The notes under the pieces were generated by a model that saw only the letters and a list, made by a program, of their open reading frames with translations, made no database searches and was not told where the DNA came from. Source: a bacterium (GTDB lineage Bacteria; UBA8248). Taken from it: a stretch of DNA of 64,000 nucleotides. Below, one piece after another: positions 36,870 through 47,206 of this stretch (within the stretch, counting starts at the first letter, position 1; the number at the start of each line of letters is the position of its first letter). A program made the position numbers and the translations under genes. The stretch covers positions 4,032,001-4,096,000 of the forward strand of contig OZ253442.1 in assembly GCA_965261085.1 (NCBI GenBank), written 5' to 3'.

Positions 36870-38192
36870 TCAGTTTCCACTCATCTCATTCCCATCGAAG
36901 GGATTGTGGATACAAATCGTATCGTCACGGCTCGGCCCCGTGGAAATCAGCCATACCGGCCTGTCCGTCAACTCCTCGAGACGTTTGATGTAATCCTTCG
37001 CCCGGGGAGGGATGGCGTCATAATCCTGCACGCCCCCGGTGGGGGACATCCAGCCGGGAAATTCCGTATATACGGGCTTGCATTGCTCCAAAATCGAAGT
37101 CTCCGCCGGGAAGACCGTGACGCGCTCGCCCTCGTATTCATAGCCCACACAAACCCGAATTGTTTCCTGATTATCGAGCACGTCGAGTTTCGTCACCGCT
37201 ATCGCATCCATTCCGGATACCTGGATGCAGTGGCGAGCCGCCACGGCGTCGAACCAACCGCACCGCCTGGGCCTGCCGGTGGTGGCTCCGAACTCACCGC
37301 CCTCTTCCCGAAGGAGCCCGGCTTCCACTTCCCCCATTTCGGAGGGAAACGGGCCTTGCCCCACCCGCGTGCAATACGCTTTCATGATTCCGAATACGGT
37401 GTTCAATCGGCTATAGGGCAAGCCTAAGCCGCTCATCGCCCCGCCCACGCCGGTGTTGCTCGACGTCACGTAGGGATACGTGCCCATGTCCAGATCGAGG
37501 AGGATTCCCTGCGCGCCTTCGAGCAGAATATTCTTGTTCCCGCTCAACGCGTCGTTGATTTCCACATCGGTATTCCTTACATGGGGGCCCAGCGTTTTCC
37601 GCACCTGGGAGCACACGTCCAGGATATGCGCCTCATCGAGCGCCTTCGTTTCCTCCTCGTTCAAATTAATATCGCCCAGAAGCCGCTTTTTGATGGCCAG
37701 GCTGACGCGGATGCGATCCGTCAATATCTTCTCATCGAACAGATCCGAAATCCGCACGCCCAGCCTCGCCGCCTTGTCCGAGTAGGCCGGCCCGATGCCC
37801 CGGCCCGTCGTTCCGATGCGGTTGACGCCCAAAAGCTCTTCCATGTGGGAATCGAGAACCTTGTGGTAGGGCATAATGAGGTGCGCGCGCTTTCCGAGAA
37901 CGAGATTCTCACCGATTTCGATGCCCTTGGAGCGGAGGTATTCAATCTCCTCCACCAGAGCGAGCGGGTCCACCACCACACCCGAGCCGATGATGCACTT
38001 GACCCCGGCATGCAAAATCCCCGTCGGTACCAGGTGGAGAATGTATTGATTTCCATCGACGACCACGGTATGGCCTGCGTTCGCCCCCCCCTGGTAGCGG
38101 GCCACCACATCCGCTTGACTCGCCAGCCAGTCGATGACTTTCCCTTTCCCCTCATCGCCCCACTGACCACCCAGAATCGCCAAAACACTCAT
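36870..38192 (-). CDS. purA: Adenylosuccinate synthetase
   Basis: QWGDEGKGK, GG.NAGHT, GTTGRGIGPAY, EGAQG, GATTGRPRRCGW and TKLDVL. Confidence 0.98.
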   Translation of the reverse strand: MSVLAILGGQWGDEGKGKVIDWLASQADVVARYQGGANAGHTVVVDGNQYILHLVPTGILHAGVKCIIGSGVVVDPLALVEEIEYLRSKGIEIGENLVLGKRAHLIMPYHKVLDSHMEELLGVNRIGTTGRGIGPAYSDKAARLGVRISDLFDEKILTDRIRVSLAIKKRLLGDINLNEEETKALDEAHILDVCSQVRKTLGPHVRNTDVEINDALSGNKNILLEGAQGILLDLDMGTYPYVTSSNTGVGGAMSGLGLPYSRLNTVFGIMKAYCTRVGQGPFPSEMGEVEAGLLREEGGEFGATTGRPRRCGWFDAVAARHCIQVSGMDAIAVTKLDVLDNQETIRVCVGYEYEGERVTVFPAETSILEQCKPVYTEFPGWMSPTGGVQDYDAIPPRAKDYIKRLEELTDRPVWLISTGPSRDDTICIHNPFDGNEMSGN

Positions 38193-39478
38193 CGACTATC
38201 ATCCCTTCCGCCCACCCGGGCGAGAATTTCCTCGATAGGATATGCGCCCAAATCTTCCCCGTCCGGCTCGAGGAGCCTGGCGCTGCCTCCCCGTTTTCCG
38301 CCGCGCTCGATGACGAGGCATTTCGACACGCCCGCCGCCCGCGCGTATTCCAGCGAGCCTGCGAGGTCGCGGCGAATGATGTCGCGCGCCACCCGCCAGC
38401 CCCGCGCCCTGAGTTTGCGGGAAAGAACGATGCCCGAGCGCTTATCTCTCGTGAGGTCGATGACGAGAAAATCCGTTCCGTTTCTGCTCTCCGCCCCTTG
38501 CGTCACAAGGGGAAGCATTTGATTCAGGTCTACGGCGAATCCCGTTCCGAGCGCGTCGTCGCCGTAGAGCCCCAGGAGCTTGTCGTAGCGGCCGCCGCCG
38601 CATACGGGATATCCCGAACCCTCCACGAACCCCTCGAATATCAACCCCGTATAGTAGTCGATATCCTTGAAATCACACAAATCGAAGATGATGCGCTCAG
38701 AGAGGCCATACAACTCCAGTATCCGGAATACTTTCAACAGTTCCCGAACGGCGCCCCTGGCCGCCGGTGTTCTTATTTTTTCCTCCACGCCGAGGAGCAC
38801 CTCGATCCCGCCGAAACACTCCGGAATCCGCTCCAGAAGCCCGGCGTCCGTTTTTTGGCGCGGGACTCCCTTGAGAAGGCTCGCTACGCCCGAGGAATCG
38901 CGGCGCGCTATCGCTTCGAGCAACTCGGCCCTTTGCGCCCCCTCCAAACCCAAGGCGCCCAGAATGCCGCGCAGGAATGCGCCATGGCTCAAGGACATGC
39001 GGAAATTATTTACGCCGTTCGCCTGTAGGCACTCCACGGCGATGGCTATCATCTCGGCGTCGGCTTCCAGAGAGACCAGGCCGATCAGTTCCACGCCCGC
39101 CTGCCAGAACTCGCGTTGCAACTCCCCCGCCACATGGGCGTGGCGAAAGACGTTCGTCGCATAGGAGAGCCGCAGGGGCCGGGGATGAGCGGCCAGAATC
39201 GTGCCTGCCGCTCTTGCGATTTGAGGCGTCATGTCCGCCCGAAGGGCCAGCAGTCCGCCGCTTTCGAGATCGACCATCCGGTAGGTCTGCGCGTCGAGCA
39301 CCTCCGAACCCGCCCTGGGGACGTAAAACTCGAACGCGGGCGTGAGGAGTTCCCGGAACCCCCACTGCTCGAACACGCCGAGGAGGCTCTCCTCCACCTC
39401 TCGTTTACGTCTCGCTTCACCCGGCAGGAAAACGCGCGAGCCACCCGGAATGGCCCGCAGGGAAGCTATCTGTCTCAT
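38189..39478 (-). CDS. hisZ: ATP phosphoribosyltransferase regulatory subunit
   Basis: LALRADMTPQIAR, REFWQAGVELIG, YYTG..F and GGGRYD.L; located between serA and purA. Confidence 0.9.
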   Translation of the reverse strand: MRQIASLRAIPGGSRVFLPGEARRKREVEESLLGVFEQWGFRELLTPAFEFYVPRAGSEVLDAQTYRMVDLESGGLLALRADMTPQIARAAGTILAAHPRPLRLSYATNVFRHAHVAGELQREFWQAGVELIGLVSLEADAEMIAIAVECLQANGVNNFRMSLSHGAFLRGILGALGLEGAQRAELLEAIARRDSSGVASLLKGVPRQKTDAGLLERIPECFGGIEVLLGVEEKIRTPAARGAVRELLKVFRILELYGLSERIIFDLCDFKDIDYYTGLIFEGFVEGSGYPVCGGGRYDKLLGLYGDDALGTGFAVDLNQMLPLVTQGAESRNGTDFLVIDLTRDKRSGIVLSRKLRARGWRVARDIIRRDLAGSLEYARAAGVSKCLVIERGGKRGGSARLLEPDGEDLGAYPIEEILARVGGRDDSR

Positions 39479-41079
39479 GAAAAACCCAACCTGACGAGGC
39501 AGGCGTCGTAGACGTGGGGAATGGCGCGAACCTCCTCCATGACGGGTTCGGGCACGGGATCGTCCAATATCAGGACGGCGACGGCCATATCCTGCTGCCA
39601 TACTCTGCCCAACTGCATACCGGCGATGTTGATATTGTTATTCCCCAGCAGGGTGCCCATCTTGCCGATCAAGCCGGGCCGGTCCTCGTTTCGGAATATG
39701 AGGAGATAGCCCCTGAGCGCCACGTCGACCGAATAATCGTCTATCCGAACGATTCTGGGATCATTCTTCCTGAGAAAAGTTCCCGCGACGGAGCGCTCGC
39801 CCGAGTCGGTTTTCACGCGAAGCTCGATCAAGTCCGTATAGAGGAGATTCTCCGAGCGGCTCGTCGCCCTTACCTCGATACCGCGTTCTTTCGCGAGCAG
39901 AAGGCCGTTCACCATGTTCACGCGAACACTCGACAGGAACCGGCCCAGCATCCCCTTGATGGCCGAGGCGGCCAGCGCCTTCATGGGCATGTCGATGGCG
40001 CCGCCATAGACCACTTCGAGCGTCTGCAATCCCCCGCCGGCGAGTTGGGCCAGAAAATCACCGAGGCGATCGGCCAAATCCAGGTGGGGACCGATTTGCT
40101 CGAGCATCTCGGGACTCAAGGAGGGTAGATTCACGGCATGTCCGACTACGCCTTCGGTCAGATACGCCACGACCTGCTTCGCCACGCTGGTCGCCACGTT
40201 CTCCTGCGCCTCCGCGGTCGAGGCGCCCAGGTGGGGCGTGCAGACGACATCGTCGCGCCCGATGAGCGGGTCGTCCGGATCGGGGGGCTCCTGTTGGTAT
40301 ACGTCCACCGCAAGACCCCCGACCTTGCCGCTGTCGAGCGCGGAGACCAACGCCTCCTCGTCTATCAGTCCCCCGCGCGCGCAGTTGATAATGCGAACAC
40401 CATCGCGCATCCGGGCGATTTCCTCGGGGCCGATCAAGTTGCCCGTTTCGGCCGTCTTGGGAATGTGCAGGGTGATGTAGTCGGACTTGGCCAAAAGCTC
40501 ATCGAAGTCCACGGGGCTCACCCCGCGCTTCGAAAGCACCTCGGCGGAAATGTAGGGATCGTAAGCGAGGACGTTCATGCCCAGGCTGCGGGCGAACGTC
40601 GCCGTCTGTGAACCCACGCGCCCCATGCCCACGACGCCCAGGGTTTTGGAGGAAAGCTCGCTGCCCACGAAGCGGCTGCGCTCCCATTTCCCCTGCTTGA
40701 GAGAGGAGACGGCCGAGGGAATCTTGCGCGCCAGCGAGAACATCATGGCGATGGTATGCTCCGCCGTGGTGATGACGTTGCCGTCGGGCGCGTTCACCAC
40801 CAGGATGCCGCGCACACTGGCGGCATCAAGATCCACGTTGTCCACCCCGATTCCTGCGCGGGCGACCACCTTGAGCGTCTCTCCGACACCCAAAAGCTCA
40901 TCATCCACCTGCGTGCCGCTCCGGACGATGAGCGCGTCCGCGGTTTTGACGGCTTCGAGTATTTCTTCGCGCGTCGCCGAGGTGTGGTTGAGGACTTCAA
41001 AGCCCTTCTGTTCCTCCAGTATTTCATGCGCCCTCGGCGAGAGCGGCTCACAAATCAGAACGCGAAACGCCTGGCTCAT
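39475..41079 (-). CDS. serA: D-3-phosphoglycerate dehydrogenase
   Basis: RAGIGVDNVD, G.GRVG, NCARGG, TPHLGAST and C-terminal ACT domain DRPG.IG. Confidence 0.96.
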   Translation of the reverse strand: MSQAFRVLICEPLSPRAHEILEEQKGFEVLNHTSATREEILEAVKTADALIVRSGTQVDDELLGVGETLKVVARAGIGVDNVDLDAASVRGILVVNAPDGNVITTAEHTIAMMFSLARKIPSAVSSLKQGKWERSRFVGSELSSKTLGVVGMGRVGSQTATFARSLGMNVLAYDPYISAEVLSKRGVSPVDFDELLAKSDYITLHIPKTAETGNLIGPEEIARMRDGVRIINCARGGLIDEEALVSALDSGKVGGLAVDVYQQEPPDPDDPLIGRDDVVCTPHLGASTAEAQENVATSVAKQVVAYLTEGVVGHAVNLPSLSPEMLEQIGPHLDLADRLGDFLAQLAGGGLQTLEVVYGGAIDMPMKALAASAIKGMLGRFLSSVRVNMVNGLLLAKERGIEVRATSRSENLLYTDLIELRVKTDSGERSVAGTFLRKNDPRIVRIDDYSVDVALRGYLLIFRNEDRPGLIGKMGTLLGNNNINIAGMQLGRVWQQDMAVAVLILDDPVPEPVMEEVRAIPHVYDACLVRLGFS

Positions 41080-42215
41080 CTGTCGAATACCTCCTGCGCC
41101 GCTGCGAGGCCACATCCTTTGGGGAGTGAAAAGCCCAAGCCGGCGAGGGCCGACTCCAGCGCGCCGATTGTGGCCAGCACGTCTGAGGAATCCACATACC
41201 CCAAGTGTCCGATCCGGAAAATCCTTCCGCTCAGGCTACCCTGCCCGCCGGCGATGGTCACCCCGTGCGCATCCTGCATTCTTAGGGGAATCGCATTTCC
41301 GTCGATTCCCTCGGGCACGCAAACGGCGGTAACGGCTTCGCTCCTCAATTCACGGGGAAATATGGTGAGACCCAGAGCCTCGACGGCCGCCCCCGTCGCC
41401 TGCGCCAATAGCGCATGACGCGCGAAGATATTTTCCAACCCTTCCTCGCGCATTATATCGAGCGCGACCGACAAACCCGCCAGAAGGGAAATCGCCGGCG
41501 TCCAGGCGGTGGTGTTCTTCATCTGGCTTTTTCGCTCGATCTCGAGGTCGAAATAATACTTCGGCGACCTGGAGACCGACGCGGCGCGCCAGGCCCGCTC
41601 GCTCAGCCAGACGAAAGCCAACCCCGGCGGTAGCATGAGCGCCTTCTGGCTCCCCGTGATCACTACGTCCAGATCCCATTCCTCGGCTTTGAGGTCATAC
41701 ACGCCCAGGGCCGTGATGGCGTCCACCACCACGAGCGTATCGGGCGATTTCTCGCGGACGACCCTCGCGACGGCCTGCGTATCGTGCTTGGCGCCGGTGG
41801 AGGTTTCGCTCGCCTGCATGAGCAGGGCCTTGTGCCCTCCCCGCTCAAGGCGCGCTTCCAGAGCGCCCATGTCGACCGAACGGCCCCATTCCACCTCCAG
41901 GACGTCCGCCTCGACCCCGTAGGCCGCGCAAAGCTCCTTCCAGCGCTCGCCGAACTTTCCGCCCTCGATGACGAGCGCGGAATCGCCCGGGGAGAGCAGG
42001 TTCGCCACCGCCGCTTCCATGCCGCCCGTACCCGAAGCGGCGAGCGTGATGACGTCGCCGCTCGTCTGGAAGAGCCATTCGAGGCCGCGCCTCGCCCCCT
42101 CGAAGTGCGCCTCGAACTCCCGGGTGCGATGGTGGATCAAGGGCCGCGCCATGGCTTCGAGCACCCGGTGGGGGACCGGCGTGGGGCCGGGCGCCATGAG
42201 ATGGTGCTTGTTCAT
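41076..42215 (-). CDS. Class V aminotransferase (alanine-glyoxylate/serine-pyruvate type; may act as phosphoserine aminotransferase)
   Basis: PGPTP, HHR, ETSTG, VDAI, GSQKALMLPPG and FRIGH.G; overlaps serA start. Confidence 0.9.
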   Translation of the reverse strand: MNKHHLMAPGPTPVPHRVLEAMARPLIHHRTREFEAHFEGARRGLEWLFQTSGDVITLAASGTGGMEAAVANLLSPGDSALVIEGGKFGERWKELCAAYGVEADVLEVEWGRSVDMGALEARLERGGHKALLMQASETSTGAKHDTQAVARVVREKSPDTLVVVDAITALGVYDLKAEEWDLDVVITGSQKALMLPPGLAFVWLSERAWRAASVSRSPKYYFDLEIERKSQMKNTTAWTPAISLLAGLSVALDIMREEGLENIFARHALLAQATGAAVEALGLTIFPRELRSEAVTAVCVPEGIDGNAIPLRMQDAHGVTIAGGQGSLSGRIFRIGHLGYVDSSDVLATIGALESALAGLGFSLPKGCGLAAAQEVFDR

Positions 42216-42373
42216 TTCTCGCTCTTCCCCTGATGTCTGTCGTTGCGGACGAATACGCGGTTACACGCACCAAGGATATACCATTCCACGCAAAACCCCT
42301 CAAACGATATCGTCTGAAAAGCGGGCTATCCGAAGCAGCGGAAACGCAGGAGAGCAAACGAACCGACCCGAAC

Positions 42374-42397
42374 GGGTCGTATATATACGACCCCTAC
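42374..42397 (-). repeat. GTAG REP palindrome at the RAYT 3' end
   Basis: Reverse complement GTAG-GGGTCGTATATATACGACCC; the RAYT stop TAG lies inside the GTAG. Confidence 0.85.
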
Positions 42398-42947
42398 ATG
42401 TTTTCGGGATTATATGTATCGAACGCCCACTTCAGGGGATTGTTGCAGATATATTCCCGAATGCGATTCAGGCTCGCATCATCACGAATAACATGATCGT
42501 AAAACGAGCGTTGCCAACTGAAATCGTAGTTATCACGACGTTTTCCGACTGCTCGTGTGACGGCGGATTTGAACCCCTGGATGATTTTCGACAAATACAT
42601 TTTCGAACAATCACCATTTTCTTGTTTCGATTGTAGGTGGCGACCCCTCCTCGGGGTCGCCCCACACAATATGCGTCCCGTCCGGAGTGACTTCCACCAC
42701 CAATGATTACGATACCGTGTATATGGTTCGGCATCACGATGAATTCATCGATGTCCGTATTTGGAAAATAACCCGGAATCGCCTGCCAACATCCTTGCGC
42801 AATCATTCCGTTCACATTCAACCGCATTCTCCCGTCCACGACCTCGCCGAAGCAACGGATGTGATTCCGCGCGCAGATGGTCACGAAATAGTATCCTCGT
42901 CGGGAATAATCACGTTCTTGAAGTCTGTTTGCCTTTCTAGATTTCAT
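42394..42947 (-). pseudogene. REP-associated tyrosine transposase (RAYT, Y1 HUH), frameshifted
   Basis: One frame gives RK..RL...DYS..G.YFVTIC...VMPNHIHGI (HUH); another gives LSKIIQGFKS...WQRSFYDHVIRD...IREYI.NNP.KW. The shift lies near 42600-42670. Confidence 0.88.
42633..42665 (+). repeat. Second-family GTAG REP inside the RAYT gene
   Basis: GTAGGT-GGCGACCCC-tcctc-GGGGTCGCC hairpin; related copy at 43061-43087. Confidence 0.75.
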
Positions 42948-43019
42948 TTCGCAAGGACAATCTCTTCCCATTAACCCATTCGGCGACACAATCGTGTATA
43001 TCATATAGGAACTCAGAAC

Positions 43020-43163
43020 GGGACGCATATATGCGTCCCCTACACAAGAACCTATCATTCCCGACCGGTGAGGAGGTCGCCACCTACAAACCCATCAACT
43101 CTCCCCCAGGGGCTACAAACCCCCGGATTCCTCCCCCTACACAAAAACCGCTCATTCCCGACC
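43020..43163. repeat. REP cluster upstream of RAYT
   Basis: GGGACGCATATATGCGTCCC-CTAC at 43020-43043; CGACC..GGTCGCCACCTAC at 43061-43087; 30-bp imperfect direct repeat CCCCTACACAA.AACC..TCATTCCCGACC at 43037 and 43134. Confidence 0.8.
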
Positions 43164-43203
43164 AAAGAGGCAGGGGACGCCAACGGGAAGGAAATCCACA
43201 CAC

Positions 43204-43233
43204 AAAAAAACCGGGGGGCCGAAGCCCCCCGGT
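43204..43233 (-). terminator. Rho-independent terminator of the porin gene
   Basis: Minus strand ACCGGGGGGC-loop-GCCCCCCGG followed by T7. Confidence 0.85.
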
Positions 43234-43277
43234 CGTCATCGCATCGTCAAGAGAGGACGCGAAGGTCCATCATGTTG

Positions 43278-44504
43278 CTAGAAGATGTGGCGCAGCGTCC
43301 AGCCGACCGCCCAGCCGTCATCGACCTCTGCGGCGTCCATCGCCCTGCCGTAATCGCCGCGCAGGATAACAGCGCCTACACCGCGAAGTTCGAGTTTCGG
43401 GTGGATCTTCCACTTGAAGCCGGCGTTGAGCTCGGTGCCGAATTCTTTGGAATCGTCCGTGTTGGCATCGAGAGAACTCTCGGCGGAATTGTAAAGAGAT
43501 ACGCCGCCGCCCAGCGTCAAGGTCTTGCTGACCTTGTAATCGGCCAGACCCTCGAGCACGGTCGCGCCGTTCAAGGAGCGCAAATGTACGCTTCTGATGT
43601 TGTTGCCCAAAGACGTCCAGCGGCGCGAACTCATGATGTGGCCGCCGAAGAACCAGCCGGAACCGCCTTCCTGAGGCGTGTTGAAGCGACCGTCTTCGTT
43701 GACATCTGAGCCGTCATTGCCGGAGAGGAGCGTGAGGTTGCCACTGAGCTTCAGCTTGCCCAGGCTCGCGGAAGTTCTCACCAGAACCGCCCAACCCGAG
43801 AGGTCCTTGCCGCTTGAGAGATCACCCTCCTGGATAACGCCCGAGGCGTTTATGCTGAGGATGCCCATCTTGCCCTTGGCGTTGAGGCCGAGGAAGCTGT
43901 AGTTATAGCCGCCGGCCGCATTATCTCTGGAGTTAGCCACCCACGGGGAGACCGTGAGTGTGGGGGACACCTTGATGCCCAGGCCGACGTAGTAATCCGT
44001 CTTGTCATCGTTGTCGGCGCCCGCGTCTTCTTTCGCACTGGTCATGAACGCGCTGAGCGAGATGTTCTTGCTGAGCTTGCCGTAGAGCGCAATGCCCGGC
44101 TCACGATGCCGGCCGCCGCTGTCGTAGATTTCCTTGTCCGGCGAGAAGTAATCCGTCCGTCCCATACGCATGCGAAGCGCGCTGCCCGGAAGGGCGAAGT
44201 CGAGCACCCAACGGTTGACGCCGACGGTCTGCCTGCCGGGGCCGATTGAGAAGCCGCCGTTCGCGCTTACGAACTCGGGCTCCCACACGGCCGTGATGGC
44301 GCCGCTTTTCGCCGTGAAGCGCGGGCGGATGAGCGCGTCCAGGTATCTTTCCTTATCTCCATCATCTCCTTCGACAGCTTCGCTGGAGCCGCGCACCCGG
44401 TAGAAGCCGGAGTACTTGAAGCTGGCCCCCATTGCCGCATATGCCGGTGCGGTGAACGCCACTACGAGCGCCATCGCGAATAATGCTAACAGAAGTTTCC
44501 TCAT
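43278..44504 (-). CDS. Outer-membrane beta-barrel porin
   Basis: Signal peptide MRKLLLALFAMALVVAFTAPAYA, alternating amphipathic strands, C-terminal Phe (WTLRHIF), own terminator. Confidence 0.85.
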   Translation of the reverse strand: MRKLLLALFAMALVVAFTAPAYAAMGASFKYSGFYRVRGSSEAVEGDDGDKERYLDALIRPRFTAKSGAITAVWEPEFVSANGGFSIGPGRQTVGVNRWVLDFALPGSALRMRMGRTDYFSPDKEIYDSGGRHREPGIALYGKLSKNISLSAFMTSAKEDAGADNDDKTDYYVGLGIKVSPTLTVSPWVANSRDNAAGGYNYSFLGLNAKGKMGILSINASGVIQEGDLSSGKDLSGWAVLVRTSASLGKLKLSGNLTLLSGNDGSDVNEDGRFNTPQEGGSGWFFGGHIMSSRRWTSLGNNIRSVHLRSLNGATVLEGLADYKVSKTLTLGGGVSLYNSAESSLDANTDDSKEFGTELNAGFKWKIHPKLELRGVGAVILRGDYGRAMDAAEVDDGWAVGWTLRHIF

Positions 44505-45056
44505 GTGTATTTCTCCTAATTGAGGTTTCATAAAAAAATGTTGCCGTGTTCCTTCGTGTTCAATGTGTTGGTTCTACCGGTGTTCTTTACCTCTGCTTCG
44601 TCGTCTATAGCAGGGCTCCCCTTTTCTCGCAACCCCCCCCTCTCTACAATGCCGCCCTGTACGTCGCCAAGGTTCTATCGAGCGAACCAATTATAGCCGC
44701 TTATGTAAACACTCTCTCATGCAAGAAATTAGTCATACCATTCCCCATATTCGAAAGAATAAAGAAGACGGTGGTCTTTGTCAACAAACAATCCGATCGG
44801 AAATCCAAAAAATTCATCTCCTCATATTTCGAATCTTACGCTGGGTTTCGAAATAGAACAGAAGATTAAACGATTGCAAAATCAACTCTTTACGAGAATT
44901 TTCGCGCCATAAAAAAACGGTGCGAAATTCGTCGGCTCAACCGTTTCTCCGCCACCTGAGAAAAAATTTTTCATTTACCGGGTGTCCAAGCCCCGAAAAT
45001 GCGCATTACGCCCACGAAAACCCGGGCTAAACATTACGCCTTCAGAGTAAAAAGTT

Positions 45057-46973
45057 CTATTCCCTGATCTTGTAGAAGAAAATCCGGCTTTTCGCACCGG
45101 CGAAAACCCCCGAACTCGTCACCGCCACCACCAGATCACTGAAACCATCGTTGTCCGCGTCGCCGAAGGCGAAATCCACGATTCCGCTGCTCAACTTCCT
45201 CGATCGCCAGGTTTCAGACAATCCGACGCCATCCCATACCAGGCTCGCGATTTGTCCCTTCGCAACGCCCAGGCCCGGCGCGATGGCGACGGCGTATTCG
45301 TTGCGAATCACCAAGACCTCATCCACCCCGTCCCTGTCGACGTCTTCCACCAATATGCGCGAGCGTATGGGCAGATCCGGGGTATGCACCCTGTCACTGA
45401 TGGTTTCAGTATTGGCGTGAGAGAAGAATTTATGGACGGGCGCGCCGTAGGCTTCCGAACTGGAGAAAACTTCCTGGCCACTCTTTGAGAATACCCTCAG
45501 CCTGTCGTCCTTCCCTACCTCGATGACTTCCAGCGCGCCATCCTTGTTGATGTCCCACAAGCCGAAGCCCAGTATCGTCAAATCAGGCGGAAGCACATAG
45601 GGGGCGGCGGGCGCGAGCTTTCCCCCCGACCAGTGGTAGCGCTGAATAGGCCCCTCAAAAGCCTTATCAAGTCCTTCCCTCTGGCCCAGGAGCATGTAGG
45701 CTTCTGAATCGGGAATTTTAGCGCCCTTCGTGGGCCGCCGGACACGGAGCAGGCGATAAAACGTCCTGTCGTTCCGGATGAGGGGAGTGAACTTCCCGCC
45801 CTTGAACTGCAAGACTACGGAGAACAATTCGTTCGAGCGATAAGAGGCGAGGTAGAACTCGGGCGCGCCGTCCCCGTTCATGTCGGCGACGTCGAGCCAC
45901 CTGAAATCGTTCGCCGCCCCTTCATCGAAGCGGGCGATCTCGCGCATCCGGTTATTCTCGAAGCGGGAGACGATAACCTGAGTCGGCGTGATGAGGATTA
46001 TTTCCTGTTTCCCGTCACCGTCCACGTCCGCGACGGACAACCCCCGGAAGGAGACCTTGTCGAACGAGTAGCTCTTCACGCCGCCGGCCCTGCCGGGCGC
46101 GCCCTCGCGAGCGAGCACGAAACTCTCATTCGCCGAACGGGTGGGTCCTCCACCCTCGCCGCGCTTGAGTTCCTGCTCCTTGGGCGGCCCCTGCTCGAAA
46201 GGCAGTTCATCCGCAATCGCCACGGCCTTGAAGAGTTCTTTTTTCGTGGTGAGAGACAAAAGTCGGGTGGAGAGGATTTTCTTCCCCCGTATTTCGCGCA
46301 ACTCGTTCTCGAGGGCCATATCGCCCCGCACCTGGTTTCGCAGACGAATCGGATTCTTACTTTTAAGAATTTCATCGGTGGCGATGCCCGTCTCGAGAAG
46401 CCATACCTGAAGCCTGTCCACGTCGTAGACGTCGAAGCGTCCGCTCCTCAGGAGTTGACGGCCCAGTTCCCTCGTGAGCGTTTCCATGCTGATGGCCTCT
46501 TTCGTCTGGTTGACGAAAGGCAGTATCGCCAGGCGAATTTTCGAGGCGGACATGCGCACCGTGTCCTTGACGCGCGGAGAGAACTGCCCGCCCGGCGCGA
46601 GTCGGACCAGACGGGCGATGGAGAATTTCTCCCGCACCTCGACGACTTCGACCTCTCCTATCTCCTCTTCCAGCTTGCCGAGGACGACGCCCGTCGCCGG
46701 GTGCCGAAACGGCGCGCCCTCCCGGTAGACGCTGAGCTTGACGCCCTTGACCACCTTGTCCTTACCGCCCAGGCTGAGGTAGAGGTCCCGCCCCTTGACG
46801 GCGACCACCGCCCCGCGCAGATTCGGGAATCTCTGGTGCAGCTTGTCGCTGATGAGGCCTAAGGCCTTGCGGTAATCATTCTCTTGCGCGTGAATCGAGC
46901 CGCTGGATGCGCCGAGGAAAACCATGAGCGCCGGCAGGACGACCAGCGCTCTTTTAATGACGTGCAAAATCAT
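45057..46973 (-). CDS. Exported FG-GAP/VCBS repeat protein with N-terminal FlgT/CsgG-like region
   Basis: Signal peptide; repeated D.DGDG..E/D motifs (DVDGDGKQE, DMNGDGAPE, DINKDGALE, DVDRDGVDE, DADNDGFSD); LAILPF.N segment. Confidence 0.78.
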   Translation of the reverse strand: MILHVIKRALVVLPALMVFLGASSGSIHAQENDYRKALGLISDKLHQRFPNLRGAVVAVKGRDLYLSLGGKDKVVKGVKLSVYREGAPFRHPATGVVLGKLEEEIGEVEVVEVREKFSIARLVRLAPGGQFSPRVKDTVRMSASKIRLAILPFVNQTKEAISMETLTRELGRQLLRSGRFDVYDVDRLQVWLLETGIATDEILKSKNPIRLRNQVRGDMALENELREIRGKKILSTRLLSLTTKKELFKAVAIADELPFEQGPPKEQELKRGEGGGPTRSANESFVLAREGAPGRAGGVKSYSFDKVSFRGLSVADVDGDGKQEIILITPTQVIVSRFENNRMREIARFDEGAANDFRWLDVADMNGDGAPEFYLASYRSNELFSVVLQFKGGKFTPLIRNDRTFYRLLRVRRPTKGAKIPDSEAYMLLGQREGLDKAFEGPIQRYHWSGGKLAPAAPYVLPPDLTILGFGLWDINKDGALEVIEVGKDDRLRVFSKSGQEVFSSSEAYGAPVHKFFSHANTETISDRVHTPDLPIRSRILVEDVDRDGVDEVLVIRNEYAVAIAPGLGVAKGQIASLVWDGVGLSETWRSRKLSSGIVDFAFGDADNDGFSDLVVAVTSSGVFAGAKSRIFFYKIRE

Positions 46974-47206
46974 AAAAACCCTCACACAAAGATGCGCTCG
47001 TAAGAGAGACTCCGGTCGCGCCATCCCGCTCCGCAACGGAGCATGGCTCTGGATGATCCATCAGTCGTTAAGTCATATCGAGGACCGAAAGCCCCCGGAC
47101 GCATACCCCGAACATCAACAAATATACCGCGTAAAAAGCAGAAAGCAAGTTTGCTCCGCCCACCACGGACAACCGTCCGGCCCAAAGCATGGGGTACGCT
47201 TCGGCC

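Noticed and set aside
44505-45056. AT-rich porin leader with a CATTACGCC direct repeat (about 45004 and 45033)
   Set aside because: Probably regulatory, but no specific site or RNA family can be assigned, and a 9-mer pair may be chance.
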